Of a stretch of DNA of 64,000 nucleotides, positions 40,901 to 53,700 are shown piece after piece (position 1 is the stretch's first letter; the number at the start of each line of letters is the position of its first letter). The stretch comes from Phoronis australis (Eukaryota > Animalia > Phoronida), in contig NMRA01000337.1 in assembly GCA_002633005.1 (NCBI GenBank), positions 124,001 through 188,000 on the forward strand, read 5' to 3'. The position numbers and the translations under genes are program-made. A model generated the notes under the pieces. It made no database searches. It was not told where the DNA came from and saw nothing but the letters and a program-made list of their open reading frames with translations.

Positions 40901-41443
40901 AACACTCGTTGATTCCACCTGGAACGTCGTTTAGCGACAGTGTATTTGTCTCTGACATTGTTTGTTTGTCAGGTGTCACGTGACTTTTCAGAAGGGGGCA
41001 GAACTTGCGATAGGTCAATGTGAAGAGGAAGTCTGACGACGATTTTCCAGCGACTTCATCTACTCTGGTGCCTCTTAGTGGCAGTGATGTTTTTTGCACC
41101 TATAGCCTCTTAGTGGCAATTTCATTTTTTTTATTTTCCTTGGTTTCCCAGAAGTTCCTTGATGGATTTTTATGAAATTTGGTAAATAGCTTTGATGACA
41201 CATACCAGTTTTCAGATGGATTTGACGTATTTTGTGTCATCTAGTGGCCAATTTTATGTTCCAAATAAACACCCCTAGAAGCACACCATTTGTGGTGCAT
41301 TCGTGGACGCATTTCAATGCTCTGCGTTGCTCATTATCTCTTTTATTGCTTCTATTACCAGTACTATTATTTTGTGATTATTAATTACCTACTTAATATT
41401 AATGTATTATAAGTATTGAATATATTATCTTCTTTCTGGGTAG

Positions 41444-41614
<171 letters not shown>

Positions 41615-41667
41615 TAGTTTTGTGTAAATGTTGTTGCAAGTTAAGACCTTAAAGTAAAGTTCAGGTT

Positions 41668-41850
41668 TAAGTATTAATTAATTGTTCCTTATTTAAGTAT
41701 TAATTAATTGTTCCTTATTTAGTATTAATTAATAGTTCTTTATTTTTTTAGTATTAATTAATAGTTCTTTATTTTTTAAGTATTAATTAATTGTTCCTTG
41801 TTTTTAAGTATTAATTAATTGTTCCTTATTTAAGTATTATTTAATTTTCC
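41668..41850. repeat. About 27-bp AT-rich minisatellite
   Basis: taagtattaattaattgttccttatt, about 6 units. Confidence 0.85.
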
Positions 41851-42286
41851 TCATTTCCAAGTCAAAAATCAATTCAGAATAAGGAATGCGAGAGGAGATC
41901 AATGTTAGTGTGTTGTATTTTCAAGTATTTTTGTTTTGACCTCATGGGGTTCTTTAAAAAAGACTATTTTACTAACTGAACACTTCTAATTTATCTCTCT
42001 CTTTCTATTGATATTTTTGCAGTGTTATCAGACAAATTATAGCCAAAAGGGGTTTTTGCTAAAACAGACTGATTAAAATTGTGAGCATTCTGAGTTTTAG
42101 ATTTTTTATTGTTAGGATTTAGTAGACAAATACCTTTGGCTATAATTTTATTTTTTACTTCTCAACAGCTATGCTTCCACAGATTTTGTGCAAAAATAAA
42201 TTTATCACAGATTACTGAAATAATTAAACTTAAGTTTTTACCGACTCCTTAATCTTTTCATTTTTCGTTCCTCTGTTGTCACTTAA

Positions 42287-42490
<204 letters not shown>

Positions 42491-42718
42491 TGAGATTGAA
42501 TGCTGCTAAGCAGCGTAGAATTGAGTTTGTGCTATACACTATTGTAGACTACAGTTCTGTAGTTTCTGTTTCACACATTGCTGTGAGGAAGAGTTTTATG
42601 ATTTTAACATGTAAAGTAAAAGATTTTTTATATTTGACATAGATGTTGCTCCTTGCTTGTTTAAATTTTATGTTGCATTAATGTACAGGAACAGCATTAA
42701 AATCATCTGTTCTGTTTT

Positions 42719-44345
42719 TATAGGAGCATGCCACCCAAAAAACAACCTAATTTGTATAAATTTAGATGGAGTAGTTCTACTCCATAACGACACGTACGGT
42801 TGTGTTACCTGACACCTGATGGCAGACAGAGGTGTTGAACTTTTCCAATGACGTCATTGGTTTCACACGCAGTCTGTTCAGCAGTTCACAACACGGGTTA
42901 CTGGTGTTAGATTATCGCCTGAAGTCATCGTTTAACACCAATAAATCATCAAACTTCAATGTAAAACCCTTAAAAATACACCGAGTTCTTATAAAAACGT
43001 GTTGTTTTATTTCGCTGTTGAGGATTTACTGGTATTTGGACACACCGTAGCCTACAAAGTTCGGCAGGCCAATAAGGTCCGTAGCAGGAGTTTGGGGTGT
43101 GTTCGGACGGGAGATAATTTCGAAGGATTTTCCGTGAGATACAGGAGAACCTAGATCTGTGTTGTTTATACTTGTGATTTTTTGAGTTCTAAACACAAAA
43201 CGCTTGTTATCCTGGCCAGTGGCTCGGAGCCCGATCAGGCCCGTCGCAGCCGGCCGGATTCATCCCGGCCAGTGGCTCGGAAACTCGGATCAGACTTCAC
43301 GAACATAAACCGCCCAACGTTCTGTGGAAATTAAACTTCCAGTCAAGAAAATACATGACTAGTGAGCCAAAGCAATGTGCACGTGATTATGTTCGTGAAT
43401 TAGCCACGAAACTGCAAATCTACTTACTCGTCGGGGGCCGCGAATTCAGGTTCCGCTTTGGCCACAGCACCGTCAGGGCAGAAGTTGTACATTGACAATC
43501 ATTGAGTAATGTAAATGTAAATAAAGATTACCATAACACCTGGCCGTGGGCATGAGCTCACACGGCCTCGGTGTCCCGTCAATTAGTTTTATTGCACCTA
43601 AAGCCGGTAACGCAGTGATTTATTCATTGCTGGCTACTCAAATCATTTGCTCTCACGAAAACTCCAAAGGCATTACAAATTGCATCTAATGAGACAGACT
43701 TTGTTTCAGTTTTATATAAGTATTGGTTAGTGAGAATAATTCATTTTGAAACAGAACGCTCAGTAATAAACGCCAACACTATGGCAACTCGCAATCCGGA
43801 CTTAGGACGAGCTAGAGCTCATCAGTCCCAACTTCGCAGGTAGATCGTTAAGTTTTACAGGCTATCAAATCGAACAGGAATACAGTGATGAAGAAATACT
43901 AGAGAGGCGACGTGAACAAGCTAAGACAACGGAACGTATGGAGTTATTTGGTAAGCCGGCATTCGTGAGGCACTGTCGACGTCGCAGGCCTCAGACACGG
44001 AGATGTCTCACGGCCTCATACTTGCTATATTCAGCGTACATTTCATTCTTCACTACCATGAGCCACTTCCTAAGCATTTTGGACTCTGGAGGACATAAAA
44101 AAAAAACAATATACCCGCTTTCCTCGTAGCTGCTTAGTTCGGACAAGCGGGAACGATGCACCGCAACATAGCAGCATTCACTCTGCATATGAACCACTGA
44201 CGTCGCTAGCGTCGTTTCTCACCTTCCTCACAGGTTAACGCGTAACCTCTTGGCAAGGTAAGGTCGACCCTATGCGAGGCGATGTGGATATAGACCGATT
44301 AAGACGGCAAAAAGAATAATTAAATCGGGTGACATTCTCCTTTAA
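42719..44345 (-). mobile_element. Kolobok-like element, third full-length copy
   Basis: taggagcatgccacccaaaaaac...gacattctcctttaa; colinear with 29073-30712; THAP remnant CCYVA..FFLCP..W. Confidence 0.85.
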
Positions 44346-44435
44346 TCTTTGTCAAAAAATTGTGATGAGTTTTCTGTGTGCAAAGGCCTTCACCAATGTT
44401 CGTCTAAACATTTTACTGTTGGTCAGCAAATTTAA

Positions 44436-44705
<270 letters not shown>

Positions 44706-45033
44706 TGATATGAATACCACTGCCCATTGTATCAATTCAATATTGGATAATACTAAAAATATTTCTTTAGTACTTATCTTTGTCATCAGCATTGTATCAG
44801 TACAAGATTTTTTAAAAGCATACCATCTCCCATGGTATCAATACAATTTTGGATTACACCAAGAATGCTGCCTCATGTGCTATCTATTCTATAACTCTTC
44901 TTATACACATCATCATCTATCAGGGAATAGTAGTGTATTAAGAATTGAATACGCTCTACAATGGTTTAATATTGAGTAAATAAATATTCTTGTTGGATTA
45001 TAATATACTCCACATCCGTATATTATTCAGTAA

Positions 45034-45180
<147 letters not shown>

Positions 45181-46103
45181 ACTACAACCTGTGTTCAACC
45201 AGCGACATGTCCTTTTGCCCTCACCATTGTGAGCACGATCCTGTGTTATGTCACTGAGTGTTTGACCAATTAAGGCTTTGTAACGTCTTCGTGAGGGGTA
45301 CCTGTTGATGACAAAGTGTGTAGTTTTAGTGAAACACCAAAAATTGTGACTTTTTTGATGTTTGGATAACATTTAGTTTATTGTAAAAATGACTTGCAAT
45401 ATAGGCAAAACAACTGAAAAATGTTACTTAACAGTAGTTCAAGCGAAGGACTCGCACTTTTACATGTTTTCCTTGGAAATTATCTTGTATGTATGTATGT
45501 GTAGTTCTCATATCTTGGAGTAATTGGTGCATCACTATATCTGCTCAAGGTTTACGTTTCAGTAGTCCTTACAAAACATAGAATGTGCATTGGACACACT
45601 CAGGTTTTTAGGGGTCATTGTATCCAAAGAAGGCTCCAGTGATATCTAGTCACTTCATATAGCGGGTGCAGTTGTGTAGAAGTTATGTGTATGGACATGG
45701 AACTTGTTATTTATGGAGTCTATCCATATATGGGGTTCATGCACATTCAGCGCATGTCTGTATATGTCAAGTTGTGCTAGTAGCCATATTTTTGTTACTG
45801 TACTGCTTGGCCAAAATGGTGCTTAACTCCCATTTGTTATTGCTTGTCTCGTTTCAGTGCCAGTGGAATTAGTGTGTGTTTGCAATAATTTCCTGTTTTA
45901 GTTTGGATCATGATGCGTGTGTCTTACCGTAATATTTTTTTCATCCATTCGCTGCTTGCCTCTGTGTAGAACTTTAGCAAGTAGTGTATTTCTTGGAAAC
46001 ATGTTTGTACTTTCATTTCCTAAAAATAAGTCCAGCACTTGTGTTAGTGGTTAGTTTTGAATTCTTCCTAAAAATTGTTAATATATTTTTTCATTTTATT
46101 ATA

Positions 46104-46109
46104 AATAAA
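46104..46109 (+). promoter_or_regulatory. Candidate polyadenylation signal of the ABCC gene
   Basis: AATAAA about 0.9 kb after the stop in U-rich context; no transcript evidence. Confidence 0.35.
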
Positions 46110-46805
46110 TGACTTGATATACTTCAAACGGCTAAATGAGACAATGTATCTTTATGATAGACTTTCTTATAGTGCAGTTAAAGCATGTCAGTTTGCCTGA
46201 AATGTACTCTGTTGCTCAGTTACGATTGACTTCCAAAAGAGATTTTTTTGTGAAAGTGAAGTCTGCAACTTATTTATTTATTAAATGTAATATTTGCAAT
46301 GAGGATAGTCCCATCAGTTCACACTGCTTTCTATGGGGGCCCTCTGCAACTGAGCAGATTTGTCCCAAACTATATTTTACTGTGAACATTTTCCCAGATT
46401 TTGTAATTTTAATGTTTGTAGTTGTTGTCTTCAGTTTAATTGTAGTGTTTAATTAAAGTTGGAAACAGAGGGTTCGCGCGATAAGGTGCAAGGAAGATTT
46501 TTGTCAACTTCATGATGCTAACCTGATACTGCACAACGGGAATTCGCATGAAGTTTACGGAACTCCATGCTGGCATTCCATGTACAGGGCTTTTTTTATT
46601 AGGATGAAAAATTCTCAAGTCACTGTGGTGCTTTTCTGTTTTCAACTATTTCCAAGTAAATGCCCATGTGCATTGATGTTTGTGGATTTGTCTTGACAAA
46701 ATATTAATTGTGTGGCTTACAGTCAAACACTGAGTTCATGTTGGATGTCAATGAACATTCAAATTGATTTCTTTTCTTCGCCATGATAGCATGTAGCAGC
46801 ATATA

Positions 46806-47425
46806 TTAAAGAAAACAACAACGGTTTTTAGTAGACTTGACATGTTTCGGTGTCGTTTATTCAAACACCATCATCAGAAGAGAGAATGCAGTGGCCACCT
46901 AGCTAGGCCCAGAAACAAGTAATGAAGCACAGATACAGTCAGTTACAGGAAGTGACAATGAACTAGACCAACAATGACAACCTGTGGTGTGCCAGTCAGT
47001 GGCAGATCTACGATTTCATTAAGGGGGGGGTTTAGGATTCGAAAGAATCCGAGGCGCGTAGCGCCGAGGAGAAGGAAGGTCGCGAGAGGGTTTCCCTCCT
47101 CCCGTGTAAGATTTTTTGGGATTTTTAGTAGCTAATTTCGTTTTTCTGGCGATTTTTTTTCCAGTTTTTATTTTTGATCCTGTCCCGAGGGGGGGGGTTT
47201 AAACCCCCTGAACCCCCCCTGTAGATCCGCCTCTGCCAGTTGCCTATTGAGATTGGGCTTGCACCAACTGATGTGTCACTCCCGGTAACTGACTGTATCT
47301 GTGCTTCATTACTTGTTGCTGGGCCTAGTTAGGTGGCGACTGCATTCTCTCCTCTGATTATGGTGTTTGAATAAATGACACCGAAAAATGTAAAGTCGAC
47401 TTAAAACCGTTGTTGTTTTCTTTAA
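46806..47425. mobile_element. Foldback element with about 155-bp inverted arms (Penelope-like) and a nested MITE at 46997-47235
   Basis: 46806-46960 is the reverse complement of about 47271-47425; internal cagtggcagatcta...tagatccgcctctg flanked by ccagt on both sides. Confidence 0.7.
46836..46880 (-). ncRNA. Candidate minimal type I hammerhead ribozyme
   Basis: minus strand ctt-CTGATGA-t-ggtgt(ttgaataaacg)acacc-GAAA-catg-TC-aag: core boxes, 5-bp stem II, palindromic ACATGT stem III, 3-bp stem I. Confidence 0.5.
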
Positions 47426-47799
47426 GATTTCTTTTCCACGGTTTAGTTGTGGCATTGGTTTTGGTGAGAGTTTCAGAGTCATAGTTTCAGGGCTTTGCAT
47501 ATTTATATGTGTGTATAGTGTAAAGTGTACCATGCTGTAAGTGTGCTCTACTTATGTATTGAAGTATTGGTGCAACGTTTTGATTGGTTGAAAGATGATT
47601 ATACATGTGTAGCTCAAGTAACTGTAGTATAAATATACATTGAATATGAATTCATTTTATGGTGTGGTTTGAACCCTGAGTTAACTTTAAGACCATTTAC
47701 ACACCCATGTGGTAGTTGATGGAGTCTAGCCTTGCACCACATGCATTTGTGGAGATGTCGCATTCCATAGCTAATAATTCTGTAATATTTGTTGCCAGT

Positions 47800-47940
47800 T
47801 GCAGTCTTGCTTATTTCACTTGGAGGGTAGGCTGCAAATGTAAAGCAGTCTTGGTTATTTGATTTGGAGGGTAGGTTGCAACTGTAAAGCAGTCTTGGCT
47901 GTTTGACTTTGAGGTTAGGCTACAAATGTAAAGCAGCATT
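47800..47940. repeat. About 43-bp tandem repeat, about 3 units
   Basis: gcagtcttgg...ttggagggtagg.tgcaa.tgtaaa. Confidence 0.8.
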
Positions 47941-47999
47941 TCACCCTTTTAAACTGGCCAAAATGTAAATAGGCCATTTTCTGTCACAACGTCAGTCTC

Positions 48000-49064
48000 A
48001 TAATATTCCTTACTCTGACAGGATTCTACTTCTGCTACCAGCTTAAGTTACACAGGACTTGGAATGATCAATGACAAAAAAGAGGAAAATTTTCCTGGTG
48101 ATGTATCCTAGCTGAGAATGGTGCCAAGAGCCTGTTACTGTTGAGATATGCAGCAGCCCAGCAGATCCACCAAAGGAGCCTGGTGCAGCTCATGAATGCA
48201 ACTGTCGGCGCAAGAACTGAGTATGGGCTCCATCTGTGCCTATGTGCCTCCCAACAGTCAATTACCAAACTACAGAGGATTCAAAACCAGGCCATGAGGA
48301 TAGTAACCAGTGCAGCTAGACCCACTCCGGTAGACAGTTTCCAGTACTGGTTAGGTATCAATAGCATCCGTACTAAACAGAAGACACTAGCAGCCCAAGC
48401 ATTTCTAAAGGCAGCTACAACCAACTCTTATCCTCTGTACCTGGACTTGAGAGAGCATAGTGATGAGCACACTGCACAGAGGCAGAAAACTGTTCAATCA
48501 TGGGTTATCGGAGCTAGGGAGCTTGTCGAAGAGGTACGTCCAGTGGAGAACATCAACAGCATAGAGTGGTCCAAAGCCACAAACTTTGTCATCAACACCA
48601 TGGAGATTGGAGGCCGTCATTGGCGGGAAAGAGCTGACTGTATCAACCAAGCAACTATATTGGAATGGCTTGAAGAACAATCTCTCACAATCATTGTTGC
48701 AACGGACTGCTCACTAAGAGATGACACTACGGCTTGGGCAACATTTGCTTGGACTCCGTCGCGAGGGTCAACGCCTCTTCGAATGGTCAACAGCACGGCC
48801 TGGAAAATCCTCGTTTTTAGAGCTCAATGTGAAGCATATGAAGACGCCCTAGTCTGGCTCTCAAAGTACACAACACCTGCAGACAAATCAGTTCTACTTA
48901 CAGACTCCCTCAGCCTCATTAACAGGCTAAAAACTGGTCATGTGAAAGATTCCTGGATCCCTCTGTTCAGCTCTATTAATGGTCTCTTCACCAGTGTTTA
49001 CATACCAGGACACTGTGGCATCTCATTCAACGTCAAGGCGGATGAGCTTGCAGGCATCGCGTAA
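48000..49064 (+). mobile_element. Non-LTR retrotransposon fragment with RNase H (I-group-like)
   Basis: KLQRIQNQAMRIVTSA..TP (RT thumb), then TDCS...TDSLS...YIPGHCGISFNVKADELA (RNase H). Confidence 0.75.
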
Positions 49065-49079
49065 CCATTTCTTTTTCTA

Positions 49080-50790
49080 GTTATTTGAAAAAACTGGTGG
49101 ACGGATCAGAATCTATGCTTTTAGACGAAATCGGTAAAAAGCGGAAAATTTGGACATAGGCTTCATTGCCGAGAAGCGCTCTCAGTTGATTGGGCTGAGG
49201 AAACAACTATTGTATGACAATATGATCAGGTCCAAAGCGAGATCGATCGAGGAAGGAGAAGTCCCCTCCAAATATTTTTTACACCTAGAAAATAGGCATT
49301 TTACAAGTAAACACATGCGCTTCCTGTGGAAGTCATAATACAAAAACGGGAAATGAGTCTGAAATTATAGAGGAGACTGCTCTCTTTTTTGAAAATCTCT
49401 ACAGAGCTAGGACAACTACTGATGATAACTTAGGCGATTTCTTAGAAGAGGTAACATCTCCTAGGCTCGATGAAAATGAAAAAACAAACTTGAAGGTCTT
49501 TTGAGCTATGAGGAAATCACCAAATGTTCGAAAAAATGAAAAACGAGTTTTGGCTCTGGTTTACCATTGAATTTTTTAAATTCTTTTGGGATGATATAGG
49601 TATTTTTGTACTCCGATCTATAAATACCAGCTTTGCTGTGGGTCAACTATCGTCCACTCAGAAAGAGGGTATTATTACCTGTATTCCCAAAAGTGCAGAC
49701 AAAAGTCAACATTTTCTAAAAAAAAAACTGGCGTCCTATTTCTCTTCTCAATGTAACCTACAAAATCGCGTCTGCAGCAATTGCGGAACGCATTAAGTCT
49801 GTGCAAGGGAAAATTATTCATGAGGATCAGAGTGGCTACATCCCGGGAAGGAATTTGGCTGATAACATACGTGTGCTATACGATCTGTTCTATTATACCC
49901 AGAAGATCCAAATACCTGGGCTACTAATTCCTATAGATTTTGAAAAAGCCTTTGACTCTTTATCTTGGAGTTTATTGAAAAAGCTTTATCTTTTTTTAAT
50001 TTTGGGTGGTCAATTAAGAGATGGATCAAAGTTTTCTACAAAAATATCAAATCATGTGTTATTGTTAATGGCCAACCTTCTCGTTGGCTTAATATTCAGA
50101 GAGGAGTCGGACAATGTGACCCATTATTTGATGCGTATTAGCCTGTTATGCCAGCGATTTTAATGAAACTGAGAAGTGGTGGGAGAGGGTGTCAACATAT
50201 CTGTACACAATTGAATTATAGTTCCGAAGTCTCAAAAGTTGAGTCAAAATGGGTCAACGAACTGAACGTAAACACAACTAATTTTTCATGGGAAGATGTT
50301 TATTCCCTTTTATATAACACAACAAGAGACCCAAGAATTAGGTGGCTTCAGTTCAGACTCTTGACGAAAATTTTGACTACTAACTCTTTTGAAAATAATT
50401 CAAGTTGCGGATGACTACTCTTGTTCCTTTCGTGGACAATCGAAAGAGACTTTGAAACACTTATTTTGGGATTGTGAAACAAATTCATTTTGGACAAGAG
50501 TTAATAACGAAATTCTAAACAAAGCAAATCCCCAGTGTGTCAGCACTCTCTCCTGCAACAACATTATTTTTGGGTTTTTTGATAAAAAAGCAAATTTTAA
50601 AAACTTTTTTTTTATTATTGGGTAAACAGTTTATTTATACCCAAAAGTTTTAATCAAAAAGATTACTTCTAAGTAGATTTTTTAACTTCATCAAAGAATA
50701 TCATATGAGTGAAACGTAAAATGTTCGTAAGGATTGGAATTTAGAATTTATACAAAAAAGATGGTGTAACTTTTAAACGGTTTTTCTTAG
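49080..50790 (+). mobile_element. Tx1/L1-like LINE ORF2 fragments
   Basis: RSKARSIEEGEVPSKYF, DQSGYIPGRNLADNIR..IDFEKAFDSLSW, CSF..ETLKHLFWDC; frameshifted and internally deleted. Confidence 0.8.
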
Positions 50791-50794
50791 CAGT

Positions 50795-53700
50795 TGTTGC
50801 ATCGTTAGTTAGTCTAAAAAACAAGTATTAAATCAGGAACTAACGTGTATTGTGTATGTCAGACGATCGAAGTACCGGAAGTGGCTCCTTACATTTATAC
50901 TACTCGAATGTAACAACACTACACTCCTCCCTTACTACAGAGTGAAGATTCCTACTCAATACAAGTTCCTGAAGATCTAAACAGAACGTAACAACTTGCT
51001 AATAAAGGTTAATTAAGTGGCACCTAAGATCTAGTGCAAACTGATACACTAAATGAAAACAGAAGTAAACAACTACATGCTACTTGAATGCTAGAGTAAT
51101 CTTAAAGTGTACGCAACATGACTCTAGTACCTCAAAATACATTTTATTATTATATCTTACTTGATTTCAGTGCCTTTAGTGCACAGCTCATATAGAAACA
51201 CGTAAAAATTGAAAAAAAAATTATGTACAATGTCATGGGTTGAACCCAAGTCGTTCGGCACACTGTTCGGATCAGCAACTAAGTGCATAGAGTGAAGTGA
51301 AAGTAAAGTATATTTAGCGTCGAGAAGGTTCGTAAAGGGATGAAAAGATGTGTTAACGGAGGCTGCAGCAACAGCAGTCAGACGGAGAACGTCTCGGTGT
51401 TCCGAAGGACGCCAAAGTTGCGCAGCAGTGGCATCGCTTCGTGCGCCGAACGAGAGTGTGGGACCTCAGCGTGGACCAAGCGATTCCGTCCGGGGCCACT
51501 CTGTGTTCCTCCCACTTTGAGGAGTCGTTTTTCGACTCCAGTCAGAGGAGATGTTACGATGAAGGCCTGGTTCAATAAAGGACAATATTTACTATTCAGA
51601 AACATCGGCTCTTTATTCAGAATCGTCTGTTGGATGACTGGGTTGACTGGCCGAGCCCGAGGCCGCTTCTCTCGCGGGAGGATCCAGAGGCCTCAAAGTA
51701 GAAAAGTACGCAGCTGAAAACATATCAAACTCGTTCTCACTTTCGTGCAACCCCATTTCGTCATCCTGGCCACCATTCTCGTGCGTTTCTTCATAGTATT
51801 TGTTCATTTCTTGCTCATGATCGTTGTCGCTTTCGAATTCCCTACTCTCTAGTCGCTGATCTCTTGTGTTCAACCCATGATGTCACATGGCGGGAAATGT
51901 GAAAATTGGCAAAATTGAAAGAGAAATCAAAATTTCGAGCTCATGACACAAAATAATCATGGATTTAGCCAAATTTTACGTCATACGTTTAGCCTGTGGC
52001 CACCGGTAATTCGAAATGTGCAAAAATCCATGGTGTGTACTGTTTAAACAAGTAAGAACTTTATTACTAACTCTAAAGTCTATGTGATAAACACTGTAAT
52101 AGTCTCTCGCAAACAATCGGATTGACGGCAACTAGCGGGTTAGTACGTACATAGTCCTTTGAATAGTCTGGCAGATGTCGGTCGGTCACGCTTGCCGTGG
52201 GTCTGGAGGTTTGCGATGTAGCTGGAATCTCATCACTTGGGGGACTTGGACTAGATGTAGACAGTTTCTTGGTAGATGTAGATGTTGTAGTATCGGTCAG
52301 GGTAGATCCATGTTCTTTGTCTTCTTCGTTGGTGTCGATGTTACCGTGGATCTGTCGGAAGTGTGAGGAATTACGGGTTATCATCTGTTGTCCTCGTTGT
52401 GCTGTAATCATGCTGCCTTTCTCAGTTATCAGTGACAGTGAAAGGTGAGGGTTGTGTTGTGTATCTTACTTTGTCAAATAAAGTAGACACTCCATGAACT
52501 ACGCAGTGAAACGAACAGAATTGAACTGAACACTGAACTGATTTATTCTACATATCATAACAATATATATACACACAACTACATAACAACATATGATGCG
52601 TTACCTATGACACACTTCCTATACCAGGAATCTCATGACATAATACCAATTAAACTACTGAACTCATAAACAATAACAACCTACAAACATCCTGTTATTG
52701 TGTGACTAAGTACACAACAGGTTGGAACGGCAGTGTTGTTTTGTTCAACTTGGGTTGCTTCACTAGCACGCGATCTCCCGGTTGCAGATTCGAAGTCTGT
52801 GTGTGTCGGCGGTTATCAGCATACGACTTCATCTTGGCCTTGCTGGAGGTGTCATTCTCAAGGATGCGATTGTGAACTGAATCGTTGTTGAGACACTGAG
52901 GTATGGTAGGTAGACCAATGTTCATCTTTCGACCAGTGAGGGCTTCAAACGGAGATGTCTTGGTAGAGGAGTGAGGCGTGGCTCTGTACTGGAAAAAAGG
53001 TGGGAAGTTGCGTCTTCCAATTCTCTTGGGCTGCTGTTGCTGCTCGTACGTACTTATTCAGAGTTCGCATGAATCTTTCTGTTTCGCCATTTGCTTCTGG
53101 CCACAACGGCGTAACTTTCTTGTGAACGATTCCGAACTGTTGGGCGAAGGCTGAGAACTCATAGCTGCTGAATGGCGGTCCATTGTCAGTCTTGAGCTTG
53201 TGATGGTTGCCTTGTCGAGCAAAGATCATCTCGAGTTTCGGAATCACAGCCTTAGCTGAAGTAGATGAGACGATTTCTACTTCTGGATAACTGCTGTATT
53301 CATCTATAACTAAAAGAAGATATTCTCCCGTAGGAAATGGACCCGCAAAATCCATGGCGAGGGAATGTCACGGTTCCACTGGAAGGTCAGTAGGTACAAT
53401 TGGTTCTCTGTGAGGTTGTCCAGGGTTTGACGCTTGGCATGGAATACATCCGCTCACAGCCTTTTCTACGGCTTCGTCAATACCACTGAACCACACTTTT
53501 TATCGGATGAGCTGTTTGGTTTTCACCACACCTTGATGGGACTTGTGGGCAATAGTGATTACACGCTTCTGGAGGCTCTCAGGAATGACGGTTTTGTGTC
53601 CGCGAAGAACAAATCCATCTGCGACAGATAGTTCGTCCCTGAACAGTGTGAACGTGCTCAGTTTTGCTGTGTTCCAAATTCCAGTTTCGATAGCTGTTAC

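Noticed and set aside
48141-49064. 307-aa ORF as a host RNase H gene
   Set aside because: Intronless, preceded by a LINE RT thumb region and embedded in a retroelement cluster.
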